DNA of 54,967 nucleotides from an uncultured Candidatus Saccharibacteria bacterium. Lineage in GTDB: Bacteria; Patescibacteriota; Minisyncoccia; UBA6257; 1-14-0-10-40-38. The DNA is taken from the NCBI GenBank assembly GCA_964367145.1, contig CAYIWJ010000001.1, forward strand, positions 1-54,967, written 5' to 3'. This document shows, piece by piece, positions 1 to 7,807 of the stretch; positions within the stretch are counted from its first letter, which is position 1, and the number at the start of each line of letters is the position of its first letter. The translations under genes were made by a program, and so were the position numbers. The notes under the pieces were generated by a model, which saw only the letters and a list, made by a program, of their open reading frames with translations, did not search any database and was not told where the DNA came from.

Positions 1-54
1 ATGAAGTCGTAACAAGGCACGTGTAGCGGAAGCTGTGCGTGGATCAATTAAACT
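1..54 (+). rRNA. rrs: 3'-terminal fragment of a 16S rRNA gene (end of helix 44, helix 45, 3' tail)
   Basis: GAAGTCGTAACAAGG at 3-17 (universal 1492 region). Helix-45 hairpin 18-41 with GGAA loop at 28-31. GGATCA at 41-46. The tail reads ATTAAACT (47-54) instead of CCTCCTTA. The mature 3' end cannot be fixed from sequence. Confidence 0.85.
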
Positions 55-318
55 TACACTTTCTCACCTTGCTTCGGCAGGAGAAAAAGTGGAGTGTCGA
101 TCTATAAAAAAAAGAAGGTGTTGGCCGATGAACCTTAAGTCTCGGTCCGTCAGTCGCTTCGGCGACCGCGTAAGGTTTGGAAGTTTTGCTGAGCGCTTGC
201 GTTCGGCAACCTGCCAGACTATTGGGGCAACTATAAAGTGTTTGGACTCAAGCGGAAATCAATCAATAATCGGAAAGTTTTGCCAACAAAGCGGCCTAGA
301 CAACAAAGCCGTCTTTTT

Positions 319-327
319 TGTTATAAT
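319..327 (+). promoter_or_regulatory. candidate extended -10 promoter element (TGTTATAAT) upstream of the response regulator
   Basis: TGnTATAAT match at 319-327, about 60 nt upstream of ATG 388. No good -35 seen. Confidence 0.35.
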
Positions 328-387
328 GATTCCATGGGGTTATAATAGAGCGCAGCGGAGTCCGCGCTGACTATTCTTGTAATCAAA

Positions 388-771
388 ATGTCCACAATTT
401 TACTAGTTGAAGACGATCAGTTTCTTTCCTCCTTGCTCAAGAACCGCCTCACCCGCGAGGGCTTTACGGTTTTTCATGCCGACAGTGGTCCGGCCGCCAT
501 CGAGATTTTAAAAACAACCAGACCCGACCTGATGTTGCTGGATCTCATCCTGCCCGAAAAGTCCGGCTTTGAAATTTTAGAAGAAATCAAAAGCGATCCG
601 CGCCTTCAAGGCACCAAAAGTATTCCGGTTATTATCACTTCCAACCTCGGACAAGAAAGCGATCTGGCCAAGGGTAAAGACTTAGGCGTGGTGGATTATT
701 TTGTTAAAGCCCGCATCTCCATTGACGAAATTATTACTAAGATTAGAAAGATCTTAGCGGCGCAGAAATAA
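388..771 (+). CDS. stand-alone response-regulator receiver domain (CheY-like)
   Basis: 127 aa. N-terminal EDD acidic pair, phospho-acceptor context LMLLDLILP, conserved T/S (ITSN) and K (YFVKA). No output domain. Confidence 0.9.
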   Translation: MSTILLVEDDQFLSSLLKNRLTREGFTVFHADSGPAAIEILKTTRPDLMLLDLILPEKSGFEILEEIKSDPRLQGTKSIPVIITSNLGQESDLAKGKDLGVVDYFVKARISIDEIITKIRKILAAQK

Positions 772-967
772 CCCCTCCAAAAAAGGCGACAATTTTTTGA
801 TAAGTAAAACTTAGCGACGGTTGGCCAAGCAACAATGAACCAACTGAATGCTTTTTGACCTGCAAACGCGACTTCTTTGTGTTGGACTAAGCCAGACTGT
901 TGTTGGAATGGATCTCTTGCCTGTTTTAAGCGCCACCCACTTATCCACATTCCCTCTTTAAAAAAAG

Positions 968-976
968 TGCTATAAT
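968..976 (+). promoter_or_regulatory. candidate extended -10 promoter (TGCTATAAT) for pilin gene 1
   Basis: TG at 968-969 plus TATAAT at 971-976. This would give a ~90-nt 5' UTR before ATG 1073. Confidence 0.4.
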
Positions 977-1072
977 CAAACCAGCTTTTGTGAGCGCACC
1001 TTGAACTGCAGAGCGCGGTTTAGGGGAATAACGGTCGATGAAATAAAGATTAATGAAAAATTAATTGAAATT

Positions 1073-1714
1073 ATGCAGACACGAAAAGGTTTTACTCTGA
1101 TTGAACTTCTAATTGTTATCGGTATCTTGGCTGTTTTAGCCACAACAGTAGTTTTGGTCTTGAATCCGGCGCAAATTTTGGCCGAAACCCGCGACACGCA
1201 AAGAATCTCCGACTTGGGCTCGGTCAACAGCGCGATTGGTTTGTATTTGGCAACGGTATCAAATCCAACGTTTGGAAGCGGTACAACTTGTGGATCCTTG
1301 GCGCTTTGGCGCTCAAGTGGCGCAGGCGCTACAATTGCGGCGGTTGCGGCAACGCTTAGCCCATTCGCTGGTACCTATACAGCGGCTTCGCTTCCTGCTT
1401 CTGGCTTTCGAAATGTTGATGGCACCGGCTGGGTTTCAGCGAACCTAGGAGGTATTAGCGGTGGATCTCCATTGTCTAATCTTCCAACGGATCCCTCTGC
1501 CGCCAATGCGTCAGCAGTGGCTGCGCTCTCTGCGGCCGGGCATTTCTATGGCTTTCAGTGCGGTGGTTCTGGGGCTCCTTTGACCTACGAACTCAATGCC
1601 AACATGGAAAGCGATAAGTTCAGCAATACCGGAAGCGCGGATGTTGAATCTACCGATGGAGGCAGCGTTGCCTCAGTCTATGAAGTTGGTAATGATCCGA
1701 GTCTTGATTTGTAG
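1073..1714 (+). CDS. type IV (pre)pilin, paralogue 1
   Basis: Start chosen at the internal ATG giving leader MQTRKG followed by FTLIELLIVIGILAVLA (class III signal, G/F cleavage site, Glu+5, hydrophobic helix). 213 aa. The longer ORF from 1001 has no support. Confidence 0.9.
   Translation: MQTRKGFTLIELLIVIGILAVLATTVVLVLNPAQILAETRDTQRISDLGSVNSAIGLYLATVSNPTFGSGTTCGSLALWRSSGAGATIAAVAATLSPFAGTYTAASLPASGFRNVDGTGWVSANLGGISGGSPLSNLPTDPSAANASAVAALSAAGHFYGFQCGGSGAPLTYELNANMESDKFSNTGSADVESTDGGSVASVYEVGNDPSLDL
1084..1268 (+). repeat. 185-nt block identical to 1859-2043 (pilin N-terminal module, copy 1)
   Basis: Base-by-base comparison of the two stretches showed no mismatch. Identity ends at 1269 (c) versus 2044 (a). 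Confidence 0.9.
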
Positions 1715-1740
1715 AATTGTTTAGCGAAAGTAAAAAACAA

Positions 1741-1773
1741 AAAACAGCCTGTGAGGGGCTGTTTTTTGTTTTT
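1741..1773 (+). terminator. rho-independent terminator after pilin 1
   Basis: AAAACAGCC (1741-1749) pairs with GGCTGTTTT (1757-1765) around a 7-nt loop, followed by a T-run. Confidence 0.8.
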
Positions 1774-1841
1774 CAACCAAGCCCGATGTGATATATTAAA
1801 ACTAATCCCAAAAGTCATCTTATTGCATTTTTTTAAAGCAC

Positions 1842-2540
1842 ATGAAAAATATAAAAACAAAAGGTTTTACTCTGATTGAACTTCTAATTGTTATCGGTAT
1901 CTTGGCTGTTTTAGCCACAACAGTAGTTTTGGTCTTGAATCCGGCGCAAATTTTGGCCGAAACCCGCGACACGCAAAGAATCTCCGACTTGGGCTCGGTC
2001 AACAGCGCGATTGGTTTGTATTTGGCAACGGTATCAAATCCAAATCTAGGAAGTATTTTAGGTGGTACCAATGGGAGTTGTGGCGGCGGCAATTTTTATG
2101 CTTGGCGCGCGAGCGGCGCTGGTAGTCCAGTAGCCGCCGTTCCAACGGTCAACAGCCCCTTTGTAACCCCCAGTGGTTTTACCGCCACCAGTGGCTCGGC
2201 TTCTATGCCAGTGTCCGGCTTCAGAAATGTCGACGGAACTGGTTGGATTTCAACTGATCTAAATAACGTCAGCGGTGGCTCTCCTCTCGCTAACTTACCC
2301 TCTGATCCTTCGGCGGCTACCGCATCTGCCGTGGCCCCGCTTGCCGGTGCCGGCTCTCTTGGTCATTTCTATGCGTTTCAATGTGGAGGAGGGGCGGCTA
2401 CGAGCACTCAATTTGAACTTAACGCCAACATGGAAAGCGATAAGTTTAGCAGTAACGGTTCGGCTGATGTTGAGGGTAACGATGGTGGCGATCAAACAAC
2501 AGTCTACGAAGTCGGCAACGCCCCAGGGCTCGCGCTGTAA
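1842..2540 (+). CDS. type IV (pre)pilin, paralogue 2
   Basis: Leader MKNIKTKG followed by FTLIELLIVIGILAVLA. 232 aa. C-terminal motifs shared with paralogue 1 (FRNVDGTGW, ELNANMESDKFS, VYEVGN). Confidence 0.92.
   Translation: MKNIKTKGFTLIELLIVIGILAVLATTVVLVLNPAQILAETRDTQRISDLGSVNSAIGLYLATVSNPNLGSILGGTNGSCGGGNFYAWRASGAGSPVAAVPTVNSPFVTPSGFTATSGSASMPVSGFRNVDGTGWISTDLNNVSGGSPLANLPSDPSAATASAVAPLAGAGSLGHFYAFQCGGGAATSTQFELNANMESDKFSSNGSADVEGNDGGDQTTVYEVGNAPGLAL
1859..2043 (+). repeat. 185-nt block identical to 1084-1268 (pilin N-terminal module, copy 2)
   Basis: See copy 1. The offset between copies is 775 nt. Confidence 0.9.
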
Positions 2541-2549
2541 AAGATCTCA

Positions 2550-3155
2550 ATGATTGAAATTATGGATTTTTTGATTGCCCATATTTTTGCGCTTCCGCTG
2601 TATTTTAAGCTTTTAATTTTAGCTCTAGTCTTTGGCGCCCAAATTCTAAAACCGCAGTGGCTCAAAAAGTGGTCGCCGGCAATTTTTGTTGGCGCGGTTA
2701 TGGTAGTTGGTCTATATTTGTTTGAGCTTTCCATCCTCCAGTATCAATCGTTTCTCAGTGGTCTCCTATCACGGGTTCTAAATCAGAAGCAGGGTCTCGA
2801 CTGGTTTCTAAACTATGTCCGCCTCCATTTCTGGGACCAATATCTTATTAGTCTCATTGGCGCCTTGCTTTTCTATTTAGCGGCCAAATATATGAACGAC
2901 AAGAAAGGGGAGCGGTTCTTTGAGCGCGAAGAAGTTTGGCTCGGAATGTTGGGCATTTTTCTGGTTGGTTATCCAGGTTGGTTTTTCTACGTAGCCCTAA
3001 TACTCTTGCTTCCGGCAGTGCTTTCTCTAGTTTTTTTAAAGAGAAACGAGCGTTTGCCGCTATATTATTTTTGGTTGCCGACAGCGGTATTTGTTATACT
3101 TATAGTGCATTTTGTTTTAGCCAAGCAATCCTGGTGGGGGAGGTTTATCTTCTGA
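2550..3155 (+). CDS. polytopic membrane protein of unknown function inside the pilus cluster
   Basis: 201 aa with about 6 hydrophobic segments. No GxGD or paired-Asp signature of A24 prepilin peptidases recognised. Confidence 0.6.
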   Translation: MIEIMDFLIAHIFALPLYFKLLILALVFGAQILKPQWLKKWSPAIFVGAVMVVGLYLFELSILQYQSFLSGLLSRVLNQKQGLDWFLNYVRLHFWDQYLISLIGALLFYLAAKYMNDKKGERFFEREEVWLGMLGIFLVGYPGWFFYVALILLLPAVLSLVFLKRNERLPLYYFWLPTAVFVILIVHFVLAKQSWWGRFIF

Positions 3156-3175
3156 AGAAGAACTCGACACTAATC

Positions 3176-3256
3176 TACGAATAGCACACGAATGGTACGA
3201 ATAGGACTCTTCGTGAGATAGTATGCATTATTCGTAAATTAGGGTGTCATTCGTAA
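3176..3256 (+). promoter_or_regulatory. array of TACGAATA / TATTCGTA motifs upstream of pilB
   Basis: Direct copies: TACGAATA at 3176-3183 and 3196-3203, ACGAAT at 3188-3193. Inverted copies: TATTCGTA at 3229-3236, ATTCGTAA at 3249-3256, degenerate CTTCGT at 3209-3214. Confidence 0.5.
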
Positions 3257-3273
3257 TTGGTGTTGCTACCTTC

Positions 3274-4989
3274 ATGCTTAAAGTTCCTCAAAATAAATTA
3301 AAAGAAATCTTGGTCGGCGACGGCTTGATTACTCCAGAGGATTTTGACCACGCCGCTTTAGAATCTGCCCGCATGGGTCAAGACATTGCCGACACCCTTC
3401 TGGGGCGCAATGTTATCACTAAGGATTATTATAATGGAGTCATTACTCGTTTCTATAAAATAGAGCGGGCAAGTCTCGGTGGCAATATAGACGAGGCCGT
3501 TTTAGATCTCATCACTCAAGACGTTGCCCGTAGCAAACGAGTTTTACCGTTTAAAGAAGAGGCCGATGGAGCGATCGCCTTGGCGATGGCCGACCCGACC
3601 GACCTTGCGACTATTGATTTTTTAAGAAAATATCTCAAGCGCGAAGTTCGCCCTTTTTTGGCTTCGGAAGATGATCTAAACAAAGGTCTGGCGCTCTACA
3701 GCAAAAAGTCCGCCGAAAGCTTTGGCGAGCTCATTACCGCGAACATCCAAGAATCTCTCAAGATTATCGGCAAAGAGGCGCGCGATGCCGCCGTCGATCT
3801 TCCCGTGGTGGCGATTATGGACAATATGCTGTCCTATGCCATCGCAGTCGGCGCTTCCGATATCCACCTTGAAGTTTTGGAATCGGAAGTTATCGTCCGC
3901 TTCCGCATTGATGGCATTCTGCACGAAATTGTTCGCATGCAAAAAGAAATTCATCCGGCGCTCACGGCGCGCATTAAACTCTTGGCCGGATTAAAACTAG
4001 ACGAGCACTACAATCCGCAAGACGGCCGTTTTCGTTTCGCGACTGGCCCCGGGGGCACTGAATTTGTTGACGTTCGCGTTTCGGTAATGCCGACCTTCTA
4101 CGGCGAAAAAGCCGAAATGCGCCTACTCACCGCCTCCAAACAGCATTTGTCCTTTGAAGAGTTGGGACTTCTGCCGGATATGATGAAGTCTTTAAAAGAA
4201 AATATCATCAAAAGTTATGGCATGATCTTAGTCACCGGCCCGACCGGTTCCGGCAAAACCACCCTCATGTATTCCATTATGGGCGTGCTCAACCGTCCCG
4301 AGGTCAACATTGTAACTATCGAAGACCCGATTGAATACGATATGAAATATATTAACCAAACCCAGGTCAACACTCTGGCCGGTATCACTTTTGCCAATGG
4401 TCTGCGGGCGCTCCTGCGTCAGGATCCAAACGTAGTTATGATCGGTGAAATTCGCGACAATGAAACGGTGGACATCGCGGTTAACGCCGCGCTAACCGGA
4501 CACTTGGTCATCTCCAGCTTGCATACCAACGATGCCGTATCGGCGATTCCGCGTCTATTCGATATGAAGGTTCAGCCATTTTTAATCGCGGCGGTTTTAA
4601 ACGCCATTACCGCCCAGCGCTTGGTGCGTCGAATCTGTCTCCATTGCATTGTCTCCTATACGCCGACCAAAGAAGAATCCGCCGACTTTGAGCGCCAGAT
4701 TAAAAGAATGAATTCCAGTTTTGAGTTTCAAGTTCCCAAAACCATGTTTCGCGGTCAGGGTTGCGCCGCCTGCGGGCACACCGGCTATCGTGGCCGTATC
4801 GGAATCTACGAAATTTTAAACGTTACCGAGAATATTCGGAAGACCATTACCGAACCAAACTTCAGTATTGATCGAGTCACCAACATCGCGCGCCAAGAGG
4901 GTTTCATCTCCATGTCCGAAGACGGCTTGCGCAAAGTTCAGCGTGGCATGACAACTCTAGAAGAGGTTCTTCGGGTCATTAACGAGTAA
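3274..4989 (+). CDS. pilB: type IV pilus assembly ATPase PilB (GspE family)
   Basis: Walker A GPTGSGKTT, Asp box/Walker B PNVVMIGEIRD, His box GHLVISSLHTN, C-terminal tetracysteine CLHC...CAACGHTG, N-terminal T2SSE_N-like region. ATG 3274 is preferred over GTG 3244. Confidence 0.95.
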   Translation: MLKVPQNKLKEILVGDGLITPEDFDHAALESARMGQDIADTLLGRNVITKDYYNGVITRFYKIERASLGGNIDEAVLDLITQDVARSKRVLPFKEEADGAIALAMADPTDLATIDFLRKYLKREVRPFLASEDDLNKGLALYSKKSAESFGELITANIQESLKIIGKEARDAAVDLPVVAIMDNMLSYAIAVGASDIHLEVLESEVIVRFRIDGILHEIVRMQKEIHPALTARIKLLAGLKLDEHYNPQDGRFRFATGPGGTEFVDVRVSVMPTFYGEKAEMRLLTASKQHLSFEELGLLPDMMKSLKENIIKSYGMILVTGPTGSGKTTLMYSIMGVLNRPEVNIVTIEDPIEYDMKYINQTQVNTLAGITFANGLRALLRQDPNVVMIGEIRDNETVDIAVNAALTGHLVISSLHTNDAVSAIPRLFDMKVQPFLIAAVLNAITAQRLVRRICLHCIVSYTPTKEESADFERQIKRMNSSFEFQVPKTMFRGQGCAACGHTGYRGRIGIYEILNVTENIRKTITEPNFSIDRVTNIARQEGFISMSEDGLRKVQRGMTTLEEVLRVINE

Positions 4990-4996
4990 TAACAAT

Positions 4997-6208
4997 ATGA
5001 AATTTCACTACGTTGCCTACGACAAAGATGGTCGGAAATTGGAAGACGATTTTATCGCCGAAGCGACCTCCGAAGTTATTCACTATTTAACCAACAAAGG
5101 GCTCAAGCCAGTTTCCATCGAAGCCCAAAAAGCGACCGCCGCCGATCCTTCGCGTCGGGTTTTTGGTCAGAAGATAACCATCAACGACAAAATTTTCCTC
5201 ACCAAATATCTGGCATTGATGCTCAAAGTCGGCACCGATATTTTTAAAGCCATAGATATTTTAATTCACGATTTTAACAAGCCGGTTTTGAAATCTCTGC
5301 TCGTGGAAGTTAGAACCAATCTGGAAAAAGGTCAGCCGCTCTATACCACCTTCGCCCGCTATCCCCACTATTTTTCGGCAGTCTTCATCAACTTAATTAA
5401 AGCCGGAGAATCGTCGGGAAACTTGGAACAGGCCTTTGCCGATTTGAATGTTTCTCTGGAAAAAGAAAAGGATCTCAAGGGCAAAATCAAGGCCGCTCTC
5501 ATCTATCCATTACTGCTTCTTGGTTTGTCCTTTGTGATTTTGATTTTCTTAATTACCTTCGCCTTGCCTAAAATCGCCGCCGTCTTTGAGGGTGGCGGCA
5601 TTCAACCACCGGTCTTTTCTAGAATTGTTTTTGCCGTCGGTCTGTATTTGGGTAACCACATCGTCATTATCATTCCCTCGATCGTTGCCGTCCTTGCCTT
5701 AATCGCCATCTTCTTTCTTAAGATGTCGCTCGGCAAAAAAGTCCTGGCTTATTTGGGAGCTCGTTTGCCGGTTTTTAAGGGCGTGGTCGAAAGAGTCGCC
5801 CTTCAGCGTTTTGCGACAACTTTGAGTTCATTGATGAAGTCAGGTCTTCCCATTTTAAACTCTCTCGAAATAACCGCCGGCGCGGTCAATCACGCCGGTA
5901 TTCGCCACGCGCTGGAACGCATCGCTCGCGAACATATCCCCAAAGGTATCACTCTTGGCGAATCTTTTCGTCGCGAACCGGCCTTCCCCTCGGTTGTTTC
6001 TAATCTAATCGGCATTTCGGAGCGAACCGGCCACTTGGACGAAATTTTGCAGACCTTAAGCGGTTTTTACGAAGCCGAGGTTGAATCCTCGCTAAAAACT
6101 CTTGTCGCTTTCATTGAGCCGATGCTCTTACTGGTCATCGCTGTTGTCGTTGGCACCATCGCTCTTTCCATTATCGTGCCGATTTATCAACTCGTCGGTC
6201 AATTTTAA
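4997..6208 (+). CDS. pilC: type IV pilus platform protein PilC (GspF family)
   Basis: 403 aa with a duplicated T2SS-F domain (LIKAGESSGNL / ISERTGHLDE) and three hydrophobic segments. Confidence 0.93.
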   Translation: MKFHYVAYDKDGRKLEDDFIAEATSEVIHYLTNKGLKPVSIEAQKATAADPSRRVFGQKITINDKIFLTKYLALMLKVGTDIFKAIDILIHDFNKPVLKSLLVEVRTNLEKGQPLYTTFARYPHYFSAVFINLIKAGESSGNLEQAFADLNVSLEKEKDLKGKIKAALIYPLLLLGLSFVILIFLITFALPKIAAVFEGGGIQPPVFSRIVFAVGLYLGNHIVIIIPSIVAVLALIAIFFLKMSLGKKVLAYLGARLPVFKGVVERVALQRFATTLSSLMKSGLPILNSLEITAGAVNHAGIRHALERIAREHIPKGITLGESFRREPAFPSVVSNLIGISERTGHLDEILQTLSGFYEAEVESSLKTLVAFIEPMLLLVIAVVVGTIALSIIVPIYQLVGQF

Positions 6209-6212
6209 TAAT

Positions 6213-6710
6213 ATGAACGCGCGTCGCGGTTTTACTCTAATTGAAATCTTACTGGTAGCCGGCATTATGGCGATTTTAAGCACCGGCATATTTCTGGCAC
6301 TTGATCGGTATCAGTTTGGCCGTAATTTGGAGCTTGACGCCAAAGCCTTGCTCTATGCCATTCGCGATGCTCAACAGAGATCTATCACTCAAGAGGTTGT
6401 AACCAGCGACACGCCTTCGCAGTGGGGCGTTAGAGTTACTCGGACTGCCGCGCCGCCATCCTATTTTGAACTTATTGCCCAGGCTACTGGTCGAACTCAA
6501 ACCGTAACCACTTCCATCACTCGCTTTCAACTTCGCAACGGCGTTGAGTTTGCTTCCGCAATCGCGAGCTCAACTATTGTTTTTTCTCGCATTGGCGGTA
6601 TCCCGCTTGCTGGCGGCACTACCACGGTCAGTCTGTACTTAATCAGTAATTCCGGCGAACGCAAAACCATCACTATTGATGCCCAGAATGGCCAAGCTAA
6701 ACTTTTCTGA
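6213..6710 (+). CDS. minor (pseudo)pilin with prepilin-type N-terminus
   Basis: MNARRG followed by FTLIEILLVAGIMAILS. Start placed at ATG 6213, in frame with the longer ORF from 6102 that overlaps pilC. Confidence 0.85.
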   Translation: MNARRGFTLIEILLVAGIMAILSTGIFLALDRYQFGRNLELDAKALLYAIRDAQQRSITQEVVTSDTPSQWGVRVTRTAAPPSYFELIAQATGRTQTVTTSITRFQLRNGVEFASAIASSTIVFSRIGGIPLAGGTTTVSLYLISNSGERKTITIDAQNGQAKLF

Positions 6711-7797
6711 CCAAAACGGACAATCGCTTATCGAAATGCTCCTCGGCCTCACGGTTGGGGCTATTATGATTATTGTCGCCGTCGGAGCCCTATCGGTCAG
6801 CTTGCGAACTAATTATCGCGATAACTTTGCCCAAGACGCGAGCTTTATGAACGAAGCCTTGTTGGAAAATGTTATAAGCACCGCCGAAGGTTTCTGGGGC
6901 CAAGTTGCGGCTTTTGCGACCGGCTGTTCCAGTGTTTTTTGTGGCATTCTTTATCATTTTCCCGAGATCAGTAAATATGGTCAACCGGATTTCAACTATA
7001 GTGAAGTTGTTTATTATATCGTACCTTGTGACATCGCGAATTATTCGGTCAAAATAAATGGAAATGATTATTATCCCTGTTTCCGTGTTCGCCGTGTCTC
7101 CCGTGCGGCGAATGGAGTTATTGAGGCTGTCTATAATGCCGCCAACGACGATCCCTCAACCCTGGAGGCCAGTATCAAAACCCGCTGGGTTAATGGCAGC
7201 ATTTCGCAGGAAACCCCGACTCTAACCCGCGTCGTTACTCGCAAGCAGAATGAGGTTTACCTCCAGAGTAATTGGGAAGGAGGACCCACGACGCCAGCTG
7301 ATTCAGCCTACACAACACCCGTCACAACTTTTTACTCATTAAGCGCTATTAGCTACGGAACTATCGGCGAAATCAAGTTGCAATCGCCCGGATCGGGAGA
7401 AACCGGTATTCTCTTTTCCAACGCCATTTTTGCCCAAAGACAGGTAACGCTCAACTCGGTTATGTGGCAGGGGAGTTTGCCTTCGGGATCCGGCGTTGAA
7501 TTTCAAATTGCCTCCAGTAATTGCGCGAATGGCGCCACGGATGCCCAGTGTCTGGTTGGTAGCTGGGGCAGTAGTAATTGTTTTACGACCGGCGGAACCA
7601 ATAGTTGCTATATTGGACCCGCGGGTACGAGCGATAATGCCGATACTTATACCGCCACCGGCCCCAATATTCAAATGCGGACAAATGGCGCCCACCATGG
7701 CGATAAGCTGTATTTTCGCTACAAAATAATGCTCAAACGAGGCAATGGAAACAATACTCCGAATGTAGCTGACGTTATTCTCAACTGGTCAATTTGA
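6688..7797 (+). CDS. large Cys-rich minor pilin / candidate tip protein
   Basis: Leader MAKLNFSDQNG followed by QSLIEMLLGLTVGAIMIIVAVGAL (prepilin-like, Glu+5). 369 aa with multiple Cys pairs in the C-terminal part. The start is uncertain (TTG 6676, ATG 6679 or ATG 6688). Confidence 0.7.
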   Translation: MAKLNFSDQNGQSLIEMLLGLTVGAIMIIVAVGALSVSLRTNYRDNFAQDASFMNEALLENVISTAEGFWGQVAAFATGCSSVFCGILYHFPEISKYGQPDFNYSEVVYYIVPCDIANYSVKINGNDYYPCFRVRRVSRAANGVIEAVYNAANDDPSTLEASIKTRWVNGSISQETPTLTRVVTRKQNEVYLQSNWEGGPTTPADSAYTTPVTTFYSLSAISYGTIGEIKLQSPGSGETGILFSNAIFAQRQVTLNSVMWQGSLPSGSGVEFQIASSNCANGATDAQCLVGSWGSSNCFTTGGTNSCYIGPAGTSDNADTYTATGPNIQMRTNGAHHGDKLYFRYKIMLKRGNGNNTPNVADVILNWSI

Positions 7798-7807
7798 ATA
7801 AAAAAAC

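Noticed and set aside
35-370. 111-aa ORF on the plus strand right after the 16S fragment
   Set aside because: It starts inside the rRNA 3' end and runs through the hairpin-rich trailer. It has no start context, an Arg/Ser/Cys-rich composition typical of translated structured RNA, and no recognisable motif.
47-387. Looked for tRNA-Ile/tRNA-Ala, a 23S start or 5S in the spacer after rrs
   Set aside because: I could draw no cloverleaf (no GTTCGAATC-type T-arm with a matching acceptor stem) and found no 23S or 5S signature strings. Only short UUCG hairpins are present.
976-2092. Minus-strand ORFs 976-1227 and 1820-2092 (83 and 90 aa, nearly identical to each other)
   Set aside because: They are the antisense translation of the duplicated pilin N-terminal block. 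Their similarity only reflects the 185-nt repeat.
2550-3155. Membrane ORF between pilin 2 and pilB as the missing prepilin peptidase (PilD)
   Set aside because: It is too short (201 aa) and I could not find the two catalytic Asp contexts (D..(I/L)PD and GxGDxK) of A24 peptidases. It is kept as an unknown membrane protein.
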